A stretch of 64,000 nucleotides of DNA from Saccostrea cucullata (taxonomy: Eukaryota), in the NCBI RefSeq assembly GCF_032062105.1, contig NW_026935574.1, forward strand, positions 434,001 through 498,000, in the 5' to 3' direction. Positions 1 through 12,995 of this stretch are shown here, one piece after another. How positions within the stretch are numbered: the first letter of the stretch is position 1; every line of letters starts with the position of its first letter. The notes beneath the pieces are model-generated. The model worked only from the letters and a program-made list of their open reading frames with translations. It was not told the origin of the DNA and did no database searches. Position numbers and translations under genes: made by a program.

Positions 1-338
1 CACAGTGACCTTGAAATAGGTCGCGACACACCTTCTACCTAAGATGTATACTTTTGCCAAGTTTGATAGCTCTAGGTCTAATAGTTTTCTAGTTATGAGC
101 CGGACAGGATTTTTCCATATTTGGCCATAGCATCTTTATTAAAGGTCAGAGCGACCTACTTTTGGTGCGCGACACACCGTCTACCCAAGAAGTATCAGTT
201 GACAAAGTTTGATAATCCTAGGCCTAATAGTATTGAAGTTATGAGCCGGACACGAATGGACAGACGGACAGACGGACGGACGGACGGACATGAAGCCTAT
301 AACATAATACGTCCCGTCTTAAGACGGGCGTATAAAAA
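1..338 (-). mobile_element. End of a HINE-like element
   Basis: GACG/GACA microsatellite at 258-290 followed by hairpin CGTCCCGTCTTAAGACGGGCG and TATAAAAA. Confidence 0.65.
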
Positions 339-555
339 TACAAATTCCCTTCCTTTTCACATTGCAACCTTAACATCAAGGTCTTTCTGTCACAGCACTG
401 TCCTACTGTCCTTTGAAATAACTTCTTGTGACTGGTCATGATGCATTGAAAGATCACTAGCAAGGGCATGCTCAAGCTTGAATATATTCAAAATATACTG
501 AAAGGGAGGTGAAAACTTTTGTAAGAAGTATATTTTACACTTTTATGAATGAATT

Positions 556-885
556 CTGACCTGATACACTTTCACCAGAGGATGGTGTATCTGTAATCCT
601 TTAGGACCTTATACATTATACTGACTTGTTTGTATAATGGTGGTGTCTCACTTATAGAGGGTGGTGTATCTGTACACCTTTAAAATGTCATGATAACCTG
701 TTCATATGAGGGTGGTGACACACTTTCAGAGGGTGGTATATATCTGTAAACCTTTGGGAAGTTTTACTTACTAGTACCTGTTCGTAGGAGGGTGGTGACA
801 CACTCTAAGACATTACACTGACCTGTTCATATGATGGTATGTTATACTGACCTGTTCGTATGAGGGTGGTGACACACTTTCGGAG
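556..885 (-). repeat. Degenerate tandem copies of TOM1L2 exon end plus donor
   Basis: Several variants of plus-strand ACCTGTTCRTATGAGGGTGGTGACACAC, the reverse complement of ...CCACCCTCATACGAACAG|GT. Confidence 0.8.
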
Positions 886-3800
886 GGTAAGGGTTCTGAA
901 GGCTGGGAGCTCTGCTGCCCGGATTGTCCCGTTCTATATCGCTCAAACCTCTCATATCTCAGAAAGACATTGTTCATGTCATCATTAATGCGTAAAAGCT
1001 CATCTATGAAAAAAAATAAGGGAAACAAATTACTCCATGATATTTATTTACTTGACGAATACAAATGACAAATGACAAAAAGAACCTTTCTAGCTTGCAA
1101 GACCCCACATTAAAGAGAGCCAGAGTCTTTTATGATTTTTTGTTTATATATTATGGTCAAATCTGAATAGCATGCTTTCATTTTGGAAAAATAATTATTC
1201 TTAGAAAAGAGAAGATGCCATTTAATAACAAGGACCCATCACACACCTGATTAGACAAAACCTATAGCACAGATACATGTATGGACACACATCCAAAGTC
1301 ATTCTTAAGTTGTTTCACATAATCTAAAATTTACTTGAAACAAAAAACAAAACAAAAAAATTGAAAAAATCACTCCAAATCTAGGTCTTTGTAACTTTTT
1401 GTACACAAGAGATGTTTGTAAAACACTTACTGTGAAATCACAAATTTTGTGGGGGTTTAATTTTTGTTGTTTTCGAGGTATGAAGAGACCCACGAATTTA
1501 TGTCCACCACAAAATGTAAAATGATACATACATTACTACTCAACCATTCTTCATCCACAAATTCAAATCCCCACGAACCAAGAGTTTTTACTCAAACCAC
1601 AAAAATTTGACCCCACGAAAATATGTGATTTTACAGTATGCCCCCCTTCCCAAATAATTGGAATTTTTTAAAGTCCAAGGGGCATAATTCTGTCCAGAAT
1701 GGCTTGATCGTACCCAAAACCTAGATATTCTTATGAAAAATCAGGATACCAAATTTCATTTCAATAATATGTGCAATCTCTGCAAAATGAAGATAAACTG
1801 ATGGTGTACCTACAGACTGACAGACCAACAGACAGCGGCAAAGCAATGTGCCCTCCCTTCTTCGAAAGTGGGCATACATATATAAAATATCCAACCCTTT
1901 TAAACATTCTAAAATAACTAAAAAAAAATTCATAGCAAGAAAATCCACACACTTTAAGGTTTCATCTCTGATTCCACTCCAAGAGAACACAACCAACTGT
2001 ACAGATATAAATATCTAAATCTTATTGAGTTTAAGCAACATGTTCCCAACCCTTCACCTATTGACTAAGTATCTTCTTGAATGACCTTGAAATTTTAAAT
2101 GAACTTTAAGTCATTCAACTAGTCACTTCATATAAATATCACCTTGAAATTTCAAGGAGATTGGATGTAAAAAGTATTTTTTTAAGGAGTACAGTATACC
2201 GGGTTATTTTTGCCCTCTGTTATTTTCACCATTTTCCACTTGTGAACAATTTTGCCCCATTTTAAATTCGCCCAGTCACAGTTCTATTGAAGAAAATATA
2301 CTGTCTTCTCTAAATTCACCCGTTTACAAACTCATTGATTATAACACAACTGTTATTGGGGCAAAGGGGTCGAAAATAAAACGAGGACAAAAATTTCCCT
2401 GTATACAGTATTATTTCTCCTAGATAGCGAGACAGAAGAACAGATGTCATTAGTTAACATACATAGAAAAAGTCATGTGACTTACTTGTAGCCTCCTCAT
2501 TGGCTATTTTGTCTATTAATTCCACCAATCGCTGCTGCATCTGCCTGTTTGTCCTGTTGAGTTCCTGTAGGAGCTCTAGGTCTGAGGGGTCAATGTTAGA
2601 AGGAGACAGTTCCATCAACATCTCACTCATTACGCGGAGGTTACCTTGGACGACGTTTAACTCCGTTTTTAACTTGGTCATCTGCTCCGCTGAGGGGTTG
2701 ATGGGACCTGTAGGGGCTTGGGGGGTGGGAGGGGACACTGGAGCCTGCTGGGGCTAAAATAGACCACACAGTTATTAAAGATTTGTTTGAGTCTCTGAGA
2801 AGCAAGTTACAATACCAGTCAAAAATGAAATGTAACAAAAAATTACCCTTTTTTAAATGAAACACAAAGCAATACAAAATACATGGCTTGATAGCTTATC
2901 AAGACACTGCCAATTTTTAAAACTGACCAGTTTCTTTTTCTGATCATCAACATATGATTAAGAACCAACAATTAAGCTTCACAATAGATATTACAAGGAA
3001 ATGATTCTATAAGACATTCACTGAACAGTGTACTTCTTTCTTAAGAACAACATTGTTACAGGTATGATATACAGACATTGATAAGAATGATACAGAAGCA
3101 GTATAAATGACCCACTGTCAACCAAACAGTAAGATTTTCTCTGATCTAACATTCCAGTTTACCATTTTGTATTAGACAAATAAATATTCCGTAGAGAATT
3201 CCAGCACAAAACAAATGACCAGTTAGCTGTATATCTGTGAGTGTTAGACAGGAATAATCAATATTTTGATGGAGGCTGAAATATACAGCAGGTAGCTGTC
3301 ACAGGTAAACAGTCAACTCGTAACAAGTCCTCACCTTGTGACCAATACTAAAAATAACCTTAGTCTCCAAGCATAGGCTTCACAAAACCAGACTTTTTAC
3401 TCATTGATAATTATCTAATTATAAAATATTTATATATAGCATTGGAGATCTATTGCTTAGCTCAAAATCTAGATTTGTATTTTAACCATATACAATTCAA
3501 TTCACTTTATTGACAATTACCATGTCGGCATACAGTCATGAACATGAATAACATAACATAAATTAACACAATTAATACAAGCATAGATAAAGTGAGAAAT
3601 ATGAGGTGAACAAAATTGTGTATTTCTCAATATTAATATTCATTTTTGACTTTCTTTTCTGATGTCAAAGCACTTTTTCAAGAAACAACATATCCTTCTA
3701 GCAGTTGAAATATTTGTAGGATTGACAATTTTTCTAATGGGGTTATCACTAGTATATGTGTTTACATTAAATATATCATTATAATTGCATCTATATTGAT

Positions 3801-6800
3801 CATACTTTGGACAATAAAGAACAAAATGTTTTTCGTCTTCAACAAACAATTCTCGAATTATCGCCATTTGATTCATTGCCATTTTCGCAATACCGCCATG
3901 ATTTACCAAGAACGTTTTTCCTGCTATATAAAATTCTCTTTATAACGCCAAATTCGCATACCGCCATCCGCCACCCTGTTTTCACAACAAACGTCCATTT
4001 TTATGTGTCAATCATCTCGATAATACCGCCACAGGTGCATGTGGTCAGTGAAGCGCGACTAATTGGTTGACGCTATCCCTGTTATAAAGCATGCAAAGCC
4101 AGTCAAGGTACATGTAATTAAGTAAACAATAATTTTAACATGAACTGTTAGAATAATTTTGATTTCTGTTTAATAAAATCATTTAGTCAAGGCTTCGCCA
4201 CGAAAGAGGTCGTTGTAAAGTACGCCGATAACAATATTACTTTGATGATCTCTGCTTTTAAAAACAATGCAAAGTTTGCTTTAAAATTAGTCAGAAATTG
4301 TGAACGTTTCATTAACAATGATGTCATAAACAATGAATTTATTCAAGAACTCATTTTTCGTACTATAGGCAATATATCACGTACGACGATCGACCCAGCA
4401 TTCTTTTTTCAATATCAGACGTGCAGATTTACATGCATACACATGTACTTGTCTTTATTTTTTAATATTTCATAACTGAATATTTTGTTTTAGCCAAAAT
4501 TGTGCATAAAAAAAATTACTTGAAGTATTTTCAAATTTAGAAATATGTTTATATATACATGTACATGTAATAATAAGAATAGAAACACTAAATGATATTT
4601 CTAAAAACGATAACTCTACGTCTTATTTCCTGCAAGATGGAAAATTCAATTCATCGCCAAATTCGTTATACCGCCATGATTTCTAAATTACAAAAGGTGG
4701 CAGTTTATCGAGAATTAACTGTATATGTGCATTTTGTTGAATATGATCCCCAGTTTTAACCCCACCCAAATCTAAGGTCCATAATTTGAAGAACAGAAGG
4801 TCCATTGGCATCAATGCTGACCTGAGTAACTATAGACCTGCTCCAATATGAGTTAAACTGCAAAAACCATTTTTTCCCTTAGGAAAACCCCAAATATTTC
4901 TCTGATCAGGACATAAATAGAAGTGTTACAGATGTACATGCTTGGACATACAAATGAAGAAATGAACAACCCTATCTCTATATAAAAACCCACACAACAT
5001 AATTGATTTTCAAGCTGGGTTTCAAAATAAATAAATCAAGAAAATTTGGTCTCTTCGTGTAATTTTTTTTTATATGTACCATGTTTTATTGGAGAAATTA
5101 TTGGAGAAAAAAGCAGTTTAAAAAAATCTTTAAGACACATACAATGGGAACAATACAGTAGCACAAGCCTTCCATGCCTATAGGCAACAAAGCTAGAAAC
5201 GTATACATATTTCTTTAATAATTCTGAGTAAACTTTCCTCTTTGAGGATGAACAGTTGGTTAAACAAACAACAAATTATAATACAAAGCACAATAGAGGT
5301 TCAGACCTTATCTACTGGGTTTGTGGCGACTACATATTTGCTCTGTAAAATGTTTAATCAAATGTCAATTTTCAAAATACACATGTAAGACCATAATTGA
5401 ACATGTTGAATAAGCTTTCTATTAATTCTCTTCCATAGGTTTTCCAGCAAATCAACTTTTTACATTTTACTACTTTACTAAGTTTAGAATTTTGGATTTC
5501 CTAATTAGGAATTATAAGAGATAAAGCTCATCTTTGGACATTTGGAAATGTTATGCTCAAGCTCAGTAACATTTTTTGACTCAAAATACTCTGAAATAGC
5601 CACTGACAGAGATGCCACAAGCTGAAATATCAAATTACAACTGAAATCGTATTACTTGTAATGATATTAGAACCCATTTTTCAGATCAAATTGTATTACA
5701 TGTAATGATTTATGGTCAAGGTCCCATTTTGCAGACACAGATTGTATTACATGTAATGATATAAGATCCAATTTTCAGACATAAATTGCAATATATAATT
5801 ATATTAGATCCTTTTCTCAGCCATAGTGTATTATATGTAATAAAATCATATCCTTTTCTCAGACAAAAATTATATTACATGTTATAATATCAGACCTAGT
5901 ACCAATATAAAATGGCACCATTCCCAATGTCAACCAGCTGGTAAGGTCCAAGGGCATGCTACCCCTTTAAATAAAATATGAATTTGAAAGCAGACAGCAT
6001 TTTCAGTTTTCTAGACACCAATCTACTTTTTTTTCGCATTGAGATTGAAAAGAGTGGCATGTCTTCTGCTTTACATATAAAAAGGCATTATTGATCTCCT
6101 CTTACTGGACTTTTGCGAAAAGCGTTGACTTTTATAGTCGACGGCTTACTTTTACACTTTGACAATATACATGTATTTAAGCTCTTTTGCAATAAAAATA
6201 TTTAGCTCAACATTTAATTACACAAAAATAACGGACTGAAATAAAGCGCATGCATGTTGCCCACTAAGAATTCTACAATCAACCTACCCGCCAATACCGC
6301 CCTTCACATGCTAGTGCCCCTAACACCAAACCTATGACCACTTGAAAGGTTTTCTTATTCATTATCAATTCTGTATCTCCATACATGACATAGGTTTAAA
6401 TGATGAAGTAAACTGTCAACTGTAAAAGTCAGTGTCTTCGCAAAAGTCCACTAAACAATCAAAAAGGCTTTTATTAATGGACTTTGGACAATATTAAATT
6501 ACTCTTTTGATTAAAAACAATAACACTAAAATGTACTAATAAAATTTTTCTCAATTTTTTTTTTATGGCACAATCATGATTTCAGCTAGTTTATGTACTA
6601 ATAGATTTTGAAACTCTGCTCAGGGTGCCTGTTTGTAACATCTGCATGAAAACTTTAGAATACCGAAGATGTACTATTTCAGATTGAGATTCATTAGCAC
6701 TATATGTTTTTCCTGAAATTTGACACAGCATTCTTAAAGAATATTAAAGACATACAATGGCAGTCAAAGAAATCTGCATTACTTTTCTACCCATGGGTTG

Positions 6801-9800
6801 AACAGAAATTGTGAATCAGCAGAATTTTCACCTTGGTTTCGCCATTTATAATAAATGTATATAAATTCTGTCATGAATATTACCCAAACTTTACAGCTAA
6901 ACAAAAATGACTACTCACAGCTCTAGTTGACGGTCTTAATCGACTTAATCCTGGGTCCACCTCTGATGTGCTCTGTAAATATAATAATATAATAATATAA
7001 TACAATCTGGGAAACATCTCTATAAACCCAACAATATAATACTGTTCAGGGAAATAATTTCATATACTAAAACATTATCAGTTAATGCAATCCAGGGATA
7101 TTACTCTACATTCTCTATTACATGTATGTAATATGATCTGTTACATAGCATCAATATCCTTATAATATACTAGTAACACAATCTAGTAAAATAACTCTAA
7201 AAACCCTACTTTACAATATATACAGAAAAAACAGATCATTAAATTCCAGGAAATAACTTTCGTGTTTATTGTTATTCAGTATTCTTTTACTAAATCAGTC
7301 ACACAGTGATTTGAGTAAGAGTAGCCTACCCTGGCTGGTGTATGGATAGGGGCCATGTGGTCCAGATCTGTCATGGGAAACTCTATCCCCTTTGCCTTCA
7401 GATCCTGGTAAACTTTGTCTATCTCCTTTAGCTCTGGTGTCCCCCTGAAGGCATCTGCCCATGTCTGAGTGAAAAAAAGGTTAAAGGTCAAGGTCAAAGT
7501 CTGAAGCATGGTATAAGAGTACTTTTTAGAGATCTTGATGTCCAATTATTTATCTGCTGCAACTTAAGCTTAACATTCCACAATTCCAAAGTTAGAACAA
7601 TTATTGAGAGTATGCTTTAGATCAATGCTCTCAAAACTCATAGCTTTATACCTCTTGGCTCAACAGATAAGATGTTATTTTAAAGAATAAAATATTATTC
7701 ATAGAAAAGTTAAAGATAATGTCTGGGTCCACTATGGTTAACCCCAGAATTAAAAAAAAAGTATCTTGTGACAAACTTTATAAGTTAAAATGAAATTTCA
7801 TTTTATACTTTTTAATTCAAAAGATAAATGGTGTGAGCACTGACACACAAACAGTAGTGTCTGAAATGATTCTACTCTGCAAACAAAAAAATAAATCAAT
7901 AAAAATATTCCTCAAGATTGTTTTTCGTAAATTTACCTGAATAAGACTGAGAACTTTCTCCTGAACTGCCTGTGGGGGGTCGTACTTTGGACCGATGACC
8001 TTGACCAGGTCGGACAGGAAGTCTTTGGTTGCCACCTGGAGGTGAAATCTTCTGCCACAGTTCTTTACACACGTTTCCAGGCACTGAAAGATTGAAATCA
8101 TGTAACCCATCTATTGTTGTATGAGGTGCAGTGTATTTAGCCATCAAAGTTAATTAATAATATACATTTAATGCATGATTGTAAGGAAATTATGAAGATT
8201 TATTTAGCCAAGAAAACTTATAATTTCAGAGGGCTTTGCCCAATGGGAATATACGTACATGTAGTATTTCTTACAATTACAATCAGCAATTTTGCGGCGT
8301 GAACCAGGCTATTGTGATGTCTACTGCTCTTGGAAGTTTTCATTCAATGAACGATAATTATTGCGGGAAATGCACTATATATACAAAGACGTTGATGAAA
8401 AGCGTGCCAACAACAGGGAAATATGAAGTTTTATGGCCTTGTCACTTGATAATCTACAACCAATCAGATAATGCGTTGTATAGAATAATTATAAAGCTGT
8501 ATAATAAGCATGATTTACTTACTGTTAGTGTATACATGACCGCTGTGTGGTTTTTCCCCATGTTCTGTGATAACCTTTTTCTGATTGCCCGAGCCGCATC
8601 CTTAGGACTGAATAAAGAACACAAAACTCATATGTTAATTACAACATAATTTACAAACAACTTTAGCATACTGTTTCTGGTTATTATGATGATTTGACAA
8701 TCTTATTTGAGAGAAATTTAATGAATGTTTAATCAATGAACTTTTCTTTTTCAAAAAATAATTACACATGTACTTTTCTTTGACATTAAACATCTTCACA
8801 AACTGCACAAAAAATTATGTGTATGGCTATTTCAAAATAAAAGAGTGTACAGTTGAGCATGTTCTAAGGGCTCACCCTTCATCTGTTTCATTGATGATAT
8901 CACAAACTTCCATCAAAACCATCCAGTTTTCTGAGGCTTGTGATCCATCTGTGCCTCTCTCTGAACAAAATTAAAACAAAATATCTGCATATAACATGCT
9001 TACCACTGAAATACTTGTACATTAATATCATAGGTGAGGAGAACCGTAAAAAATGAAGAAAATTACCACTAAAATCCTATGTGTATATGATCAGAGGGAG
9101 GATTTCAATTGAAAACCGAATGAAGAAAATTACCATAAAAAGAAACAAAAACATTTGTACTGTTAAAATCCATATGAAAATGCAGCTGCCAAAGAAGTTG
9201 GGAGCAATTATTAAAAAAAGACCAAAAAAAAATTAACAAATTATATTGTCATACCTTTAAAAATTTGATCCTAATCCTATACAAATCTATACAATAATAA
9301 GTCTAACATTTCTAATATTTTACTGAGCGGGCATAAAAAAAATTGGTGTTTGACTGCTAAATAAGATGTTGGACCTGTCAAGGAGATGCTGGACCACTCA
9401 TGTCATACAATGGGTGTAGCTTATCTCATTTGTATTGGTTGGTGTTTAACAGTGATGGACCTAATACATGTATTTAATATCTCGAAAGACAGTATAAGAT
9501 ACATGGCATGTCAAAAAAGATTTAAAACAAAAAGTATTAAAAAAAACATTTATTGACTGTGTTTTTGGGCAAAATGTATTTTGCCGACCCTCGAACCAAA
9601 CTGTCTGCCTTCAGCCTAACAGTCTCAAGCAAACAGTTTGGTTCTTGGGTCCGACAAAACGCATGTTGCTCTCGAACTCAATCAATATATGTAAAATATT
9701 TATTTTCATCTTCAAGAAAACATGTTATGCTTCTAAACAATAATAATCTATTCATGTAAACTTCCAAAAGGGTAATAAAAAAATCTGCATGTCTACACAG

Positions 9801-10345
9801 TGCTTGGAACTTTCATCCATCTAATTTGTTTTAACAAGATCTAATATAGAGATGTAGAAAGGTGTATTTTGTGGCATGCATTGGTCCCCTTGTTGGTCAA
9901 ACAATGACACAATATAATGAGTAATCAACGGGAGGTTGAAGGGCATAGACTGTCCACTGTGAGAACCTGTCAGCCCAGCTGATGTATCTACGTATCTATC
10001 ATTATATTGGGGTTACCGATGGGTGTAACTTTCAATTTCATACTTATAAAAATATACCTGTCTCGGATTATATATTTATTACTAGGGAAAATTATTCCGA
10101 GTGATTCCGGGTTAACAATCAATCAATCAATGGCATTGCATCCACTGACTTTCCAGGATTTTATCTGGCCATTCTGTGTCTCTAATTTTGTTTGAGTAGG
10201 TTTACTCCTTGCATATCCTCAGATATACGACAAAATTAAAATACATGCTTCAAAAATTATGAGATGTTGACATCCCTACACGCCTACCAATCAACTGTCC
10301 AACTTGCGTCGCAAGAGGATTTCCATGTCCGAAGAGAGCAGCCAT
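852..10345 (-). CDS. TOM1L2: TOM1/TOM1L2-like VHS-GAT endosomal adaptor, 3' part outside window
   Basis: Phase-consistent GT-AG exons on minus: 10345-10288 ([19 protein letters not shown]), 8960-8876 ([29 protein letters not shown]), 8607-8523 ([12 protein letters not shown]), 8083-7937 ([14 protein letters not shown]), 7464-7330 (TWADAF...KGIEFP), 6972-6919, 2753-2486 (GAT domain), 1003-852 ([21 protein letters not shown]). Which vertebrate paralogue is inferred from synteny. Confidence 0.93.
1404..1876 (-). mobile_element. Short HINE-like element with nested TACTGT...ACAGTA MITE (1428-1638)
   Basis: ACAAGAGATGTTTGT start, CAGA microsatellite and terminal hairpin; inner inverted repeats TACTGTGAAATCACA/TGTGATTTTACAGTA. 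Confidence 0.6.
3499..3845 (-). mobile_element. 5'-truncated LINE tail
   Basis: ORF2-end-like motif [14 protein letters not shown], minus-strand AATAAA plus (GAATT)n tail, candidate TSD ACAATTC at 3492 and 3846. Confidence 0.65.
3846..4723. mobile_element. Tc1/mariner-type MITE
   Basis: Left AATTCTCGAATTATCGCCA versus right TGGCAGTTTATCGAGAATTAACTG-TA; repeated TACCGCCA motifs. Confidence 0.55.
5645..5895. repeat. Degenerate 42-bp intronic tandem repeat
   Basis: ATTGTATTACATGTAATGATATTAGATCCCATTTTCAGAC-like unit, about 6 copies. Confidence 0.6.
6102..6454. mobile_element. MITE
   Basis: Inverted repeats TGGACTTTTGCGAAAAGCGTTGACTTTTATAGT / ACTGTAAAAGTCAGTGTCTTCGCAAAAGTCCA. Confidence 0.7.
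9551..9687. repeat. Small hairpin MITE-like palindrome
   Basis: TATTGA..GACCCTCGAACCAAACTGT / ACAGTTTGGTTCTTGGGTC..TCAATA. Confidence 0.6.
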
Positions 10346-10410
10346 TTTCAGGTAAATAACAATATGACGTCACACCCTTACATTGACCCACTTCTTGGTG
10401 AGTCAGACGC
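10346..10410 (-). promoter_or_regulatory. TOM1L2 proximal promoter motifs
   Basis: Perfect CRE TGACGTCA at 10365-10372 and AP-1 TGAGTCA at 10399-10405, just upstream of the ATG. Confidence 0.4.
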
Positions 10411-11624
10411 TTGTGATCTTCCCATGGTGTAGGTATATTTACCACGAAGGCCAGAACTGCACATCGATTGATGAATAAATTTTTTAATTTATCACACTAG
10501 TATAGACATTAATCCAGGTGATATATCCCGTAATTTTTATATATCAAAACACTGGCTAAACGAAAAGTTATTGACAGATGAATCTCAGAAAATGAAAAAC
10601 AAAAGACCCGCGGGTCACAAAGCTCACCCGAGTTACTAATCAATGATCCATTGTAAAACATAGAATACTGTAAAACATAGATTACATATTGTAAATATGT
10701 CCTATTCTATGAAGATCATGATTCGAAAAAAAACTTGGATCCACTGGAAAATGCTCAGAAATAGGTTCCTTAGACAGGGAAAAATTGGGATGGCAATCAG
10801 TTCAGTTCAGTTATGGAGTTCCCTCCTATGTATAAGGAGCACCCGAAAAGGTGGTTTCATAAATTTGAATATATATACAATTTGATTCCGGGGGGGGGGG
10901 TATTATTTTTTTTACGAGTCGGATTATTTATTTTCATGCCAATCAAGGACAGGTGATTCAGGGTCACTGTGATATAATTTTAATTAAACTGGCATTGGAA
11001 AAGGACAAAAGAAAGAAGAAAAAAATAATGTGAATAAGTAGTGTACAGTTTTCCTAACACCAAGAAAACTTACACATATACAATGGTGTTTTAAAATAAG
11101 ACATGTCCTGTTGCTACTATTTACAGGTGCATGTACTGTTTCAAATATTTGAATATTTTAATTGACCCCATGATCAGGACAACCATAGAAGAATATATCA
11201 TGTTCAAAGTTAGATCTCAACCAATAACAAAATTCCCAATAAATATTTGCCATAATTATTTTCAGGTATACCGGGTATTTAACATTCAAATTCTAAGATA
11301 TATTGACATTTTTTTCATTAAAAATAATTATTTAAAATATTCCTGTAAATCTGCATACTACATAGCCGAACGGCAAAAATTGCTGAATAATCCATAGCTG
11401 CAGAAAGATTCGATGCTTAAAAATTTATATCACTCCATAATTTTTTTTCAATGTAGGTTTATGATTTAAACAAAACTTAAACAGTCTTCAAAACATATAT
11501 CTGATAATGCTTTTGTGTGAATATTGTAGTAGATATATTGCCAAAGCCTTGTGGTAAAAAGTTGAAAATAACAACACAACAGCCAGTGACTATATTCGCA
11601 ACAATACCCGTATTGCTAATGAAA

Positions 11625-12141
11625 ATAGAGGTATTGTGAGCAATGAGCTCACTTAATGATACCCCGTTGTGGTCCCTCCTTAGCCCTGGGAGTCACGATT
11701 TGAACAATATTGAATCTGCAAAATTCGAGAATGCTAAGCTTTAATATAATTAATCAAAATTTTCCTGTTCTTGAAAAGATTTTTTTTAACATGTTTAAAT
11801 TCCCTTTATATTCTTTTGTAAAAATTTGATAGCCCCTAAAGTGACCCCATTAAATACATGTAATATAAATTTCATCTTTGGTAGTGTTTATGTGGCCCTG
11901 TCAGGCCAGTGGTTTTGATGGGAAAGCCAAAGTACCCTATTTTCACTATTTCTTTATTAACTCTTTTTGAAAAAAGGAAATAACCCTGCAACTAAAAAAG
12001 ATTTAACCAGTCCGTTTCATCTATGGATACTCTACCATATTTGGTTGAAACTGGCTTAGTCGTTTTGGAGAAGGAGAAAGTTTACAGCGACAATAACTAG
12101 CGACATACAACCTGAGCCTTCGACTCAGGCGAGCTAAAAAT
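11625..12141 (-). mobile_element. Degenerate HINE-like element
   Basis: Ends CCTGAGCCTTCGACTCAGGCGAGCTAAAAA; decayed core similar to 51893-53286. Confidence 0.6.
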
Positions 12142-12995
12142 ATTACTTTTAAAATAACCTCCCAAATTGTAATAACATGAATATCGAATGTAAAATAGAA
12201 TTAAAAATTTTAACAAATAGAAGGGAAATTTAAGCCAGGATGGCATCAATTCATGAAAACAGATATTCACAACAAATAACTCAATTTCATCCGAGTTCAT
12301 CATTTTCTCCCGGAAGTCAAATACCGGATGTTGAAAATAACCATAACAACTGTACACATTTTCTTTTTGAAATGCACAGTGCCCGCAGAAAAAGTATTTA
12401 AAAAAAGGATATTGTTGATATTTAAATTAATTGAATGTCTTGTGCGGAATGTACTTACATACCGCTCTTCAAAAAAATTGATTTTATTTGTCAGCATTTG
12501 AATTTGTTTAAATCAATTAGAAATCAAAAGCTGTCAACATAGTGTCGGCAACTTTTAAGTGAAATTGTTTAGTCCTTAATTGATATTTGAAAGCAGCAAT
12601 ATTATAAGGGTAAGTTTTTGCAATTTGTTACTTTACAGATTCTTTTTACACTTAGTTTTAACTGCAGGATCGGCAGAATTTGAATTTTAACTCTACGTTA
12701 TGAGGAAATTCGAACGACTTTAAGGATTTACACGTCTGAAAGTTGAAACGTTATGCGCGGAGAACTGTCATTGGCTTAATAATGCATACATGGGTACATG
12801 TGCTTAGGATGAAAAAAAAAAGCATTTTAAGAGTTGGGATAAAGTAGTATTTTGGGCTATATGAACCGTATGTATACTAGCCTGGATAGGGCAGTTGCTA
12901 GAGGAGGTAAGTGACCTTAACATTGCAATGCAGTAAATGTTGATGATTTTTATTGCAGTTTATTTCCTTTTTAACGGAAAAGAAAGTGAATCAAA

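Noticed and set aside
3335-3347. 13-nt microexon in TOM1L2 (TTTTAG|TATTGGTCACAAG|GTGAG)
   Set aside because: Frame-shifting with no compensating partner found; could be chance.
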